Shown: in pieces, positions 1 to 29,500 of the stretch
Layout of the letters: every line of letters begins with the position of its first letter
Numbering within the stretch: position 1 is the stretch's first letter
Assembly: GCF_009914755.1 (NCBI RefSeq)
Contig: NC_060936.1
Length of the DNA: 64,000 nucleotides
Strand: one strand, 5' to 3'
From: the human T2T-CHM13v2.0 reference genome, Homo sapiens
Notes under the pieces: generated by a model
Seen by the model: the letters and a program-made list of their open reading frames with translations, nothing else
Told to the model about the DNA's origin: nothing
The model's database searches: none
Made by a program: the position numbers and the translations under genes

Positions 1-12635
<12,635 letters not shown>

Positions 12636-14373
12636 TCCAGTTTTTATCTGCAGATGTTTCCTTTTTCACCCTAGCATTTTTGAGCTACCTAATATTGCTT
12701 TGGAGATTTTGCAAACACGGTGTTTCTAAACTACTTAGTCAAAAGAAACTTAACACTGTGAGATGAATGTATGTTTCACAAAGCAGTTACTCAAAAAGCT
12801 TCTTTCTAGTTTTTATCCAAAGATATTTCCTTTATCAGCATAAGCTTCAATGCGCTCTTAAATATGCCATAGCAGATTCTACAAAAGCACTGTTTCCAAA
12901 CTGCTCAATCTAAAAAAAGGTTTAAAATTGTGAGTTGAATGCAACATCACAAAGAAGTTTCTCAAATAGCTTCTTTCTAGTTTTTATCCAAAGATAATTC
13001 CTTTTTCACCATAGGTCTCATGCACTGCCAAATATCCATTTGCAGATTCTACAAATACAGTGTTTCCAAACTGCTCAATCAAAATAAAGGTTTAACTCTG
13101 TGAGACGAATGCACACATCAAAACTCAGTTTCTCAAAAAGCTTATTTGTAGTTTTTTTCGAAGATTTTTCCTTTATCACCATAGGCTTCCATGCAGTCCC
13201 AAATATGCCTTTGCAGATTCTATAAATACAATTTTTCCAAACTGCTCAATCGGAAGTTTTAGCTCTGTGAGGTTAATGCTGACATCACAAAGCAGTTTCT
13301 CAGAAAGCTTCTGTCCTGTTCTTCTCTGAAGTTATTTCCTATTCCACCATAGGCCTTAATACACTACAAAATATCCCTTTGCAGATTCTATAAAAAGAGT
13401 GTTTCCAAACTTTTCCATCAGAAGAAGGACTTAACTCGGTTAGATGAATACACCCATCAGAAAGCAGTTTCTCATAAAGCTTCCTTGCAGTTTTTATCTG
13501 AAGATATTTCCTTCTTCACCATAGGCCTTTTTGCACTACCAAACATTGTTAAGCATATTATACATAAAAAGTGTTCCCAAATTGCTCAATCAAAAGAAAG
13601 GTTTAGCTCTGTGAGATAAATGCACACTTCATAAAACAGTTTCTCAAAAAGCTTCTTTCAAGTTTTTATCTGAAATAATTTCCTTTTTCACCATAGGCTT
13701 AAATGCACTCCAAAACATCCCTTCACAGATTCTACAAAAACAGAGTGTCCAAACTGCTCAATCAAAAGAAATATTTAACTCTGTGAGATGAATACTCACA
13801 TCACAAAACTGTTTCTCATAAAGCTTCAGTCTAGTTAATCTCCATAGATATTTCCTTTCCACCACAGGCCTCAATGCGCACTGAAATATTCCTTCACAGA
13901 TTCTACAAAAACAGTATTTCAAAACAGCCCAATCAAAAAACCAGTTTAACTCTGTGAGTTTAATGGATGCATCACAAAGCATTTTATCAAAAAGCATCCT
14001 TCTAATTTTAATCCGAAGATATTTCCTTTTTCACCACAGGTCTCAGTGAGCTTTCAATTATGCCTTTGTAGATTCTACAAGAACATTGTTTCCAAACTGC
14101 TCAATCAAAAGAAAGTTTTACTCTGTGAGATGAATGCACACCTCACAAAGCAGTTCCTCTGAAAGATTCCTTCTAGTTCATATCTGGAGATAATTCATTT
14201 TTCAACACAGGCTTCCATGTGCCCAAATATCCTTTTGCAGATTGTATACAAACAGTGTTTCTAAACTATTCCATCAAAAGAAGGATTTAAATCTGTGAGA
14301 AGAAAGAATATATCAGAAAGCAGTTTCTCATAATGCTTCTTTCCAGTTTTTTCTGAAGATATTTCCTTGTTCA
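12636..14373 (-). repeat. Monomeric alpha satellite
   Basis: 171-bp alphoid motifs. Confidence 0.98.
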
Positions 14374-15393
14374 GAGGAACTCAAATATGGCTGAATAGGA
14401 ATAGCTCCAGTCTACAGCTCCCAGCCTGTGTGACACAGAAGATGGGTGATTTCTGCATTTCCAAATGAGGTACTGTGCTCATCTCACTGGGGAGTGCTGG
14501 ACAGTGGGTGCAGGACAGTGGGTGCATCCCACTGTGTGAGAGCCAAAGCAGGGTGAGGCATCACCTCCTCTGGAAAGGGCAAGGGGTCAGGGAGTTCCCT
14601 TTTATAGTCAAAGAAAGGGGTGACAGATGGCACCTGGAAAATCGGGTGACTCCCACCCTAATACTGTGCTTTTCCAGTGGCCTTAACCAATGGCACACCA
14701 GGAGATTATATCCTGCACATGGCTCAGAGGGTCCTATGCCCAAGGAGTGTCACTCATTGCTAGCAAATCAGTCTGAGATCAAAGAGCAAGGTGGCAGTGA
14801 GGCTGGAGAAGGGGTGCCCACCTTTGCCAAGGCTTGAGTAGGTAAACAAAGCAGCTGGGAAGCTTGAACTGGGTGGAGACTGCCACAGCTCTAGGAGGTC
14901 TGCCTGCCTCAGTAGGCTCCAACTCTGGGGACAGCATAGAGACAAACAAAAGGCAGCAGTAACCTCTGCAGACTTAAATGTCCCTGTCTGAGAGCTTTGA
15001 AGAGAGTAGTGGTTTTCCCAGCATGCAGCTGGAGATCCGAGAATGGGCAGACTGCCTCTTCAAAGGGGGCCCTGACCACTGAGTAGCCTAACTGGGAGGC
15101 ACCCCCTGGTAGTAGCAGGCTGACACTTCACAAGGCCCAGTACTCCCCTGAGACAAAACTTCCAGAGGAAAGATCAGGCAGCAGCATTTACAGTTGACCA
15201 ATATACGTGGTTCTGCAACCACCACTTCTGATACCCAGGCATACAAAGTCTGGAGTGGACCTCCAGCCAACTCCAACAGACTTGCAGCTGAGGGTCCTGA
15301 CTGTTAGAAAGAAAACTAACAAACAGAAAGGAAATCCACAACAAAAACCCATCTGTACATCACCATCACCAAAGGTAGACAAAAACCACAAAG
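14374..15393 (+). promoter_or_regulatory. L1 5'UTR internal promoter, decayed: YY1 site altered, CpGs largely deaminated, ZNF93-type ~128-bp segment retained (15147-15274)
   Basis: caaatatggctg replaces CAAGATGGCCG. Many CG->TG/CA changes. Extra sequence between tactcc and ctccaacaga relative to L1HS. Confidence 0.8.
14561..14824 (-). pseudogene. L1 antisense ORF0 remnant (start lost, internal stop)
   Basis: Translation GPSEPCAGYNLLV...IRVGVTRFSRC matches ORF0. ATG changed to AAG at 14824-14822; in-frame TGA at 14770-14768. Confidence 0.8.
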
Positions 15394-16408
15394 ATGGGGA
15401 AAAAGCAGAGCAGAAAAACTGGAAACTCTAAAAAACAGAGCACTTCTCCCCATCCAAAGGAATGCAGCTCCTCACCAGCAATGGAACAAAGCTGGATGGA
15501 GTATGACTTTTACGAGTTGAGAAGAAGGCTTCAGAAGATTAAACTGCTCTGACCTATGGGAGGAAGTTTGAACCAATGGCAAAGAAGTTAAAAACCTTGA
15601 AAAAAAATTAAATGAATGGCTAACTAGAATAACTAATGAAGAGAAGCCCTTAAAGGACTTGAAGGAGCTGAAAACCATGGCACAAGAACTACAAGACAAA
15701 GGCACGAGCCTCAGTAACCGATGCGATCAAATGGAAGAAAGGTTATCAGTGATGGAAGATGGAATGAATAAAATGAAGCGAGAAGAGAAGTTCAGAGAAA
15801 AAAACAATAAAAAAAAACGAACAAAGCCTCCAAGAAATATGGGACTATGTGAAAAGACCAAATCTACGTCTGATTGGTGTACCTGAAAGTGACGGGGAGA
15901 ATGGAACCAAGTTGGGAAAACACTCTGCAGGATATTATCCAGGAGAACGTCCCCAGTCTAGCAAGGCAGGCCAACATTCATATTCAGGAAATACAGAGAA
16001 TGCCACAAAGATATTCCTCGAGAAGAGTAACTTCAAGACACATAATTGTCAGTTTCACCAAAGTTGAAATGAAGGAAAAAATGTTAAGGGCAGCCAGAGA
16101 AAGGTCGAGTTAACCACAAAGGGAAGCCCATCAGACTAACAGCTGATCTCTTGGCAGAAATTCTACCAGCCAGAGGAGAGTGGGAGCCAATATTCAACAT
16201 TCTTAAAGAAAAGAATTTTCAACCCAGAATTTCATATCCAGCCAAACTAAGTTTCATAACTGAAGGAGATACAAAATACTTTACAGACAAGCAAATGCTG
16301 AGAGAATTTGTCACCACCAGGCCAGCACTGAAAGAGCTCCTGAAGGAAGCAATAAACATGGAAAGGAACAACAGCTACCAGCCACTGCAAAAACATGCCA
16401 AATTTTGA
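15394..16408 (+). pseudogene. L1 ORF1p (RNA-binding coiled-coil protein), frameshifted
   Basis: ATG GGG AAA AAG CAG at 15394. Fragments KRPNLRLIGVPESDGENGTKL, ENTLQDIIQEN and KEKNFQPRISYPAKLSF fall in different frames. Confidence 0.93.
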
Positions 16409-16471
16409 AGACCACCAAGGCTAGGAAGAAACTGAATCACCTAACGAACAAAATAACCAGCTAACATCATA

Positions 16472-20298
<3,827 letters not shown>

Positions 20299-20353
20299 AC
20301 AATGAGAACACATGGACACAGGAATGGGAACATCACACACCGGGGACTCTTGT

Positions 20354-20374
20354 GGGTTGGGGGAGGGGGTAGGG
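20354..20374 (+). other. L1 3'UTR G-tract, potential G-quadruplex
   Basis: gggttgggggagggggtaggg: four G runs of at least 3 with short loops. Confidence 0.6.
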
Positions 20375-20522
20375 ATAGCATTAGGAGATATACCTAATAC
20401 TAAATGACGAGTTAATGGGTGCAGCACACCTACATGGCACATGTATACATATGTAAAAATCCTGCACGTTGTGCACATATACTCTAAAATTTAAAGTATA
20501 ATAATAATAAAATTTAAAAAAA

Positions 20523-23500
20523 TGATAATTCCTTATTCACCATTGGCCTTTTTGCACATCCTAACATTGCATTGCTGATTATACAAAAACAGTGTTTCCA
20601 AACTTCTCAGTCAAAATTATAGTTTAACTCTGTGAGATGAATGCATACATCTAAAAGCAGTTTCTCAAAAATCATTTTTCTACTTTTATTGAAGGTATTA
20701 CCTTTTTCATCATAGGCATTAGTGAGCTCCCAAATATCCCTTTGCAGATTCTAGATAAACAGTGTTTTCAAACTGTTAAATGAAAAGAAAGGTTTAAATC
20801 TGTGGGAGGAATGCACACATCACAAAGCTGTCCCTCAGAAGGCTTCTTTCTTACTTTTATATGAAGGTATTTCCTTTTTCACCATAGGCCTCATACACTC
20901 CCAAATATCCCTTTGCAGATTCTACAGAAACAGCGTTTTCAAACTGATCAATCAAAAGACAGGTTTAACTCTGTGAGGCGAATTCACACATCACAAAGAA
21001 GTTTCTCAAAAAGCTTATTTCTAGTTTTTATCCAAAGATATTTCCTTTTTTACCATAGGATTCAATGCACTCCTAAATGTCCCTTCTCAGATTCAACAAA
21101 AACAGTTTTTCAAAACTGCCCAATCAAAAGAATGGTGTAACTCTTTGAGATGAATTCACACATCACAAAGAAGTTTCTCAGAAAGTTTTGATCTAGTTCT
21201 TCTCTGAAGATATTTCCTTTTACACCATAGGCCTCAATGCGCTCCTAAATATCCCTTCGCAGATTCTACACAAACAATGCTTCCAAACTGTTGCATCAAA
21301 AGAACGACAACTCTGTGAGATGAACACACACATCTGAAATCAGTTTCTCAATACACGTCTTTCCAGTTTTTATCTGAAGGTATTTCCTTGTTCACCATAA
21401 GCTTTTATGCCCTTCCTGATATCGCTTTGCCAAATTTGCAAAAACAGTGTTTCCAAACTGCTCAGTCATAAAAAAGTTTCAGTATGTGATATCAATGCAC
21501 ACAACCAAAAGCAGTTTCTCAAAATGATTCTTGCTGCTTTTTATCCAAAGATATTTCCTTTCTCATTATAGGCTTCAATGAGCTCCCAAATATCCTGTGG
21601 CAGATTCTACAAAAAGACTGTTTCCCAACTGCTCAATCAAAAAACTGGTTTAACTCTGTGATTTCAATGCCCACATCACAAAGCAGTTTCTCAAAAAACT
21701 TCTTCCTAGTTTTTATCCAAAGGTATTTCCTTTTTCACCAAAGGCCTCTGGGCACTCTGAAATATACCTTTGCAAATTCTACAAAAACATTGTTTCCAAA
21801 CTGCTCAATCGAAAGAAAGGCTTATCCCCGTGAGATGAATGCACACACCACAAAGCAATTTCTCGCACAGCTTCTGTCTTTTTCTTCTCTAAAGATATTT
21901 CCTTTTCCACCATAGGCCTCATTTCACTCCCAAATTTCCCTTTGCAGATTCTAGAAGACCTGTGTTTCCGAATTGTTCCATCAAAAGAAGGACTTAACTC
22001 TGTAAGAGAAATGCAGACATCAGAAAGCAGTTTCTCATAACGCCTCTTTCCAGTATTTATCAGAAGATATTTTCTGTTCACCATAGGCCTTTTTGCAATG
22101 CTTAACATTACTTCACAGATTATACAAAAACAGTGTTTACAAATTGCTCTGTCAAAAGAAAAGCTTAATTTTGTGAGATGAATGCATACTTCACAAAGCA
22201 GGTTCCCCAAAAGCTTCTTTCTAGTTTATATCCGAAGTTATTTCCTTTTTTACCACAGGCATCAGTGTGCTCCCAAATATCCCTTTGCAGATTCTACAAA
22301 AACAGTGTTTCCAAACAGCTCAAAAAAAAAAAAAAAAAGAAACATTCAACTCTTTGGAAGGAATGCACACATCACAAAGCGGTTTCTTAGAAAGTTTTTC
22401 TAGTTGTTATCTGAAGTTATTTCCTTTTTCACCATAGGCCACTTGCACTCCCAAAACTCCCTTAGCAGATTCTGCAAAAACAGTGTTTTGAAACTGTTCA
22501 ATGAAGAGACATGTTTAACTCTGTGAGATATATGCACACATCACAAAGCAGTTTCTCAGATAGCTTCTGTCTAGTTCTTCAGTGAAGGTATTTATTTTTC
22601 CACCTTATGCCTCAATGCATGCCCAAATATCCCTTCACAGATTCTACAAAACAGTATTTCCAAACTGTTCCATCAAAAGAAGGACTTAACTCTGTGAGAT
22701 GAACACACCCACCAGAAAGCAGTTTCTCTTATGCCTCTTTCCAGTTTTTATCTGAAGATATTTCCTTTCTCACAATAGGCTTTTTTGCACTACCTAATAT
22801 CACTTCACAGATTTTGCAAAAACAATGTTTGCAAATTTCTCTCTCAAAAGAAATGTTTAACTCTGAGAAGAATGTGCATATCACAAAGCAGTTTCTCAAA
22901 ACATTTCTATCCAGTTTTTATCTGAAGGTATTTGCTTTTTCACCATAGGCTTTCACGTGCTCAAAAATATCCCTTCGCAGTTTCTACAAAAACAGTGTTT
23001 CCAAACTGCTCAATCAAAAGGAAAGTTGAACTCTGTGAGGTGAATGCACAAATCACAAAGCGGTTTCTCAGAAAGCATCTGTCTAATTCTTTTCTGAAGA
23101 GATTTCCTTATCCACCATAGGCCTCAATGTTCTCCCTAATATACCTCTGCAGATACTACAAACACAGTGTTTTCAAACTGCTCAATCAAACAAAGGTTTA
23201 ACTCTGTGAGATGAATGCACACATCAAAAAGCACTTTCTCATAAAGATTCTGTCTAGTTCTTGTGTGAAGATATTTCCTTTTCCACCATAGGTCTAAATA
23301 CACTCTCAAATATCCCTTCACGCATTCTACAAAACCGTGTTTCCAAACTTTTCCATGAAAAGTAGAACGTAACTCTGTGAGAGGAAGGCACCCATCAGGA
23401 AGCAGTTTCTCTTAACAATTCTTTCCAATTTTTATCTGAAGATATTTACTTTTTCACCATATGCTTTTTTGCACTACATAATATCACTTCACAGATTTTG

Positions 23501-26500
23501 TGAAAACAGTGTTTCCAAACAGCTGAGTGAAAAGAAAATTTTAACTCTATGAGATGAATGCACACATCACAAAGCAGTTTCTCAAAGAGCTTCTTTCCAG
23601 TTTTTATCTGAAGATATTTCCTTTTTCAACATTGGCATCAGTGCTCTCCAAATTATCCTTTGCAGATTCTAGAAAAACAGTGTTTACAAAGTGCCCAATC
23701 AAAAGATATTAATAACTCAGTGAGAAGAATGCACACATCAAAAAGAAGTTTTTCAGAAAGCTTCTCTCTTGTATTTATCTGAAGTTATTTCCTCTTTCAC
23801 CATAGGCCTCATGCCCTCACAAATATCCGTTTGCAGATTCTTCAAAAACCGTGTTTCCAAACTGATAAATCAAAAGAAAGTTTTATCTCTGTGAGGTGAA
23901 TGCACACATCACAGAGCAGTTTCTCAAAAAGCTTCTTTCTAGTTTGTATCTGTAGATATCTCCTTTTTCAACATAGGCTTTAATGCGCTCTCAAAAATCC
24001 CTTCACAGATACTATAAAAACAGTGTTTCCAAACTGCTAAATCAAAAGAAAGTTTTAACTCTGTGAGGTGAATGCACACATCACAAAGCAGTTTCTCAGA
24101 AAGCTTCTGTCTAGTTTTTCTCTGAATATATTTTCTTTTCCACCATTGGTCTCATTGCACTCTCAAATATCCCTTCGTGGATCCTACAAAAACAGAGTTT
24201 CCAAAGTATTCCATCAAAAGAAGGACTTAACTCTGTGAGAAAAACGCACACATGAGAAAGTAGTCTCTCATAAAGCTTCTTTCCAGTTTTTATCTCTACA
24301 TATTTCCTTTTCACATAGACTTTCTTGTGCTACTTTATATCACTTCGTAGATTTTTGAAAAACAGTGTTTCTGAACTGCTCAGTCAAAAGAAAGGTTTAA
24401 CTCTGTGAGATGAATGCACACATCACAAAGTAACATCTCGAAAGGCTTCTTTCCAGTTTTCATCTGAAGATATTTCCTTTATCACCCTAGGCTTCAATAC
24501 TCTCCCAAATAATCCGTGGCAGATTCTACAAAATCAGTTTCTCCAAACTGCTCAATCAAAAGACAGGTTTACCTCTCTGACTTGAACCCACACATCACAA
24601 AGCAGTTTCTCAAAAAGCTTCTTTCTAGTTTTAATCTGAAGATAATTCATTTTTCAACATAGGCTTAAGTGCACTCCCAAATATACCCTTGCAGATTCTA
24701 CAAAAACAGTTTTTCAAAACTGGTCAATAAAAAGAAAGGTTTAAGTCTGTGAGTTGAATGTACACATCACAAAGCAGTTTCACAGATAGCTTCTGTCTAT
24801 TTCCTCAATGAAGATATTTCTTTTTCCATCACAGACCTCTATGCTCTCTGAAATATCCTTTCACTGATTCCATAAAAACAGTGTCTCCTAACTGTCCCTT
24901 CAAAGAAGGATTTAACTCTGTGAGATGCATGCACTCATCAGAAAACAGTTTTTCATAACTCATCTTTCCAGTTTTTATCTGAAGATATTTCCTGCTTCAC
25001 CATAGGCCTTTCAGTGCTACCTAACATCTTTTCGCAGATTATACAGAAACGTGTTTCCAAACTACTCAGTCAAAAGCAAAGTTTAACTCTGTGAGATGAA
25101 TGCATACATCACATAGCAATTCCTCAAAGAGCTTCTTTCTAGTTTTTATCTGAAGATAATTCCTTTTCACAATTGGCCTATCTGTGCTTTCAAGTATCCC
25201 ATTGCAGATTCTATAAAAATAGTGTTTCCAAACTGCTCAATCCAAAGAAATATTTAAATCTGTGAGAGAATTCACAATTCACGAAGCAGATTCTCAGAAA
25301 GCTTCTTTGTAATTTTTATCTGAATTCACTTCCTTTTTCACCATAGGCCTCAAAGTGCTCCCAAATTTTCCCTTTCAGATTCTATGAAAACAGTTTTTCC
25401 AAACTGATCAATCAAAAGAAAGGTTTAACTCTGTCACACAAATGCACACATCACAAAGTAGTTTCTCAGAAAGCTTCTTTCCAGTTTTTAACTTGAGATA
25501 TTACCTTTTTCACCATAGGCCTCAATGAGCTCCCAAATAACCCTTCGCAGATTCTGCCAAAATGTTTTACCAAATGGCTCCAGCAAAACAATGATTTAAC
25601 CCTTCAAAATGTGTGCAGACATCACAAATCAGTGTTTCAGAAAGATTCTTTCCAATTTTTATTTAAAGATATTTCCTTTTCCACTATAGGCCTCTTTGCA
25701 CTACATAATATCACTTTGCAGATTATACATAAACCGTGTTTCCAAACTGCTCTATCAAACAAAGGTTTAACTCTGTGAGATGAATGCACACATCAGAAAG
25801 CAGTTCCTCAAAAATCTCCTTTCTAATTTTTAAATGAAGGTAATTCCTTTTTCACAATAGCCATCTATGCACCCCCAAATATCCCTTCACAGATCCCACA
25901 AAAACAGTGTTTCCAAACAGCTAAAACAAAAAACAGGTTTAACTCTGTGAGTTGAATGCACACGTTTCAAAGCAGTTTCTCAAAAAGCTTCTTTCTAGTG
26001 TTTATCTGAAGGTACTTCCTTTATCACCCTAGGCCTCAATGCACTCCCAAATATCCCTTTACAAACTCTAAACCAGTGTTTCCACACTGCTGAATCAAAA
26101 GAAAGGCTTAACTCTGTGAGATGACTGCACATATCACAAAGCAGTTTCTCAGAAAGCTTCTGTCTAGTTCTTCTATGAGGATATTTCCTTTTCTACCTTA
26201 GTCCTCAATGCACTCCCAAATATCCCATGGCAAATTCTTCAAAATAGTGTTTCCAAACTCTTCCATCAAAAGAAGCATTTAACTCTGTTAGATGAACACA
26301 CACATCAGAAAGCAGTTTCCCATAATGCTTCTTTCCTGTTTTTATATGATGCTATTTCCTTTTTCACCATAGGCTTTTTGTAATACTTAATATCACTTTT
26401 TAGATTATGCAAAAAGTGTTCCCAAACAGCTCAGTGAAAGGAAACGTTTAACTCTGTGAGATGAATGGACACATCAAAAATCAGTTTCTCAATCTGTTTC

Positions 26501-29500
26501 TATCTACTTTTTATCCAAAAATACTTCCTTTTTTTTACCATAGGCCTAAATTTGCTATCAAATATCCCATTGCAGATTTTACAAAAATAGTGTGTCCAAA
26601 CTGCTCAACCAAAAGAAATGTTTAAATGCCTGAGAAGAATGCACACAACACAAAATGGTTTCTCAGAAAGCCTCTTTGTAGTTTTTAACCAAAGTTTTTT
26701 CCTTTTTCACCATTGGCCACCGTGAGCTCCCAAATATCCCTTCACAGATTCTACCAAAACAGTGATTCCAAACTGCTCAATGAAAAGAAGGGTTTCACTC
26801 GGTCAGATGAATGCACACCTCAGAAAGCTATTTCTCAGAAAGCTTCTTTCTGGTTTTTATCTGGAGATATTTCCTTTTTCACAGTAGACCTCAATGCACT
26901 CCCAAATAACTCTTCATACATTCTGCCAACAGGGCGTTTCTGAAAGGCTTCATCAAAGGAAAGATTTAACACTCTGAAATGAATGCACACATCACAAATC
27001 ATTTTCTCAGAAGCTTCCTTCCAGTTTTTATCTGAAGATATTTCCTTTTTCAGTATAGGCCTCTTTGTGCTACCTAATGTCACTTCGTAGGTTATACAAA
27101 AACAGTGTTTCCAAGCTACTCTATAAAAAGAAAGGTTTAACTCTGTGAGATGATTGCACATATCACAAAGCAGTTTCTCAAAAAGCTTCTTTCTAGTTTT
27201 TAATCTGACGTTATTTCCTTTTTCACCATAGACCTCGTGCACTCCCAAATATCCCTTTGCAGATTCTACAAAAAGTGTTTCCAAAATGATCAATCAAAAA
27301 AGGTTTAACTCTGTGAGATGAATGCACACATCACGAAGCATTTTCTCAGAAAGCTTCTGTCTAGTTCTTCTTTGAAGACTTTTGTTTTCCTCCATAGGCC
27401 TCTTTGCGCTCCCAAATATCCCTTTGCATATTCTAAAAAGAACAGTATTTACAAACTCTTCCATCAAAAAAAGCACTTAACACTGTGAGATTAACTTACA
27501 CATCAGAAAACAGTATCTCACAACGTATCTTTCCAATTTTTATCTGTAGATATTCCCCGTTCTACATAGCCTTTTTTGTGCTACATAATGTCACTTTGCA
27601 GACTTTTCAAAAACAGTGTTTACAAACTGCTCATTCAAAAGAAAGGGTTAACTCTATGAGATGAATGCACAAATCACAAAGCAGTTTCTCAAAAGGCTTC
27701 TTTCTAATTTTTGTCCGAACATATTTCCTTTATCACCATAGGTCTCAATGGGCTCCCAAATATCCCCTTGCAGAATCTACAAAAACAGGGTTTCCAAACT
27801 GCTCTATCAAAACAACGGTTTAACTCTGTGAGATGAATGCACACGTCACAAAGCAGTTTCTCAGAAAGCTTCTGTCTAGTTCTCCTCAGACTATATTTCT
27901 TTTTCCACCTTAGGCCTCTATGAGCTCCCAAAAATCCCTTCACAGATTCTATAAAAACAATGTTTCCAAACTGTTAGACCAAAAGAAGAACTTAACTCTG
28001 AGATGAACGCACACATCTGAAGGCAGTTTCTCATAACGCTTGTTTCCATTTTTTATCCAAAGATATTTCTTTATCACCATAGTCTTCAGTGGGCTCACAA
28101 ATATCCCACTGCAGATTCTACAAAAACAGTGTTTCCAAACTGTTGATACAAAAAACAAGTTTAACTCTGTGAGTTGAATACGCACATCACAAAGAAGTTT
28201 CTCAAAAAAGCTGTCTTCTACTCTTTATCTGGAGATATTTCCTTTTTCGCCATAGGCATCAGTGTGATCCCAAAAATAACTTGGAAGATTCTATAGAAAC
28301 AGTGTTTCCAAACTGCTCAATCAACACAAAGGTTAAATTCTGTGAGCTGAAGCCCCACTTCTCAAAACAGTTTCTCAGATAGCTTCTCTATAGTTCTTCT
28401 CTGAAGGTATTTCCTTTTCTACCATAGTCCTAAATTCAATCCCAAATATCACTTTGCAGATTCTATAAAAACAGTGTTTCCAAAATGTTCCATCAAAAGA
28501 AGGATTTACATCTGTGAGATGATTGCACACATCAAAAAGCAGTTTCTCATAACACGTCTTTCCAGTTTTTATCTGAAGATATTTCCTTGTTCAAAATAGG
28601 CCTTTTTTGCTACATAACATTGCTTCAAAGATTATACAAAAACAGTGTTTCCAAACTCCTCAGTCAAAAGAAAAGTTTAACACTGGGAGATGAATGCATA
28701 GATTGCCAAGCTTTTTCTCAAAAAGGTTCTTTCTAGTTTTTATCCAAAGAAATTTCCTTTTTCACCATAGGCATCAGTGTGCTCCCAAATATCCCATTGC
28801 AGTGTCCACAAAAACAGTATTTGCAAACTGCTCAATCAAAAGAAACGTTTAACACTGTGAAAAGAATGCACCCATCACAAAGCAGTTTCTCAGAAAGCTT
28901 CTTTCTAGTTTTTATCTGAAGTTATTTCGTTTTTCACCATGGGTGTCGTGTGTTCCCAAATATCCCTTCGCAGATTCTATAAAAACAGTGTTTCTGAACA
29001 CTTTCATAAAAAGAAGGATTTAACTCTTTGAGACTAATATATGCATCACAAAGCAGTTTATCAAAAGGCTTCTTTCTAGTTTTTATCTGAAGATATTTCA
29101 TGTATCACCACAGGCAAATTGTGCTCCCAAATATCCTTTCACAGATTCTACAAAAACAGTGTTTCCAAACTGCTAATTAAACAGAAAGCTTTAACTCTGT
29201 GAGATGAATGTACACAGGACAAAGCGGTTTCTCCAAAGACTCTTTCTAGTTTTGATCTAAAGTTGTTTCCTTTTTCACTATAGGCTTCAATGCACTCTGA
29301 AATATTCCTTCACAGATTCTTCAAAAACAGTGTTTCCGAACTGCTCAGTCAAAAGAAAGGTTTATCTCATTTAGACGAGTGCACACATCACAAAGCACTT
29401 TCTCAGAAAGATTCTTTCTAGCTTTTATTCTAAGATATTTCCTTTATCACCATAGGCTTCAATGTTCTCCCAAATACCCCACTGCAGATCCTACGAAAAC

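Noticed and set aside
22322-22338. A17 tract as a tail-only retroinsertion
   Set aside because: Replaces aatcaaaa in an A-rich part of the monomer with no TSD; slippage is simpler
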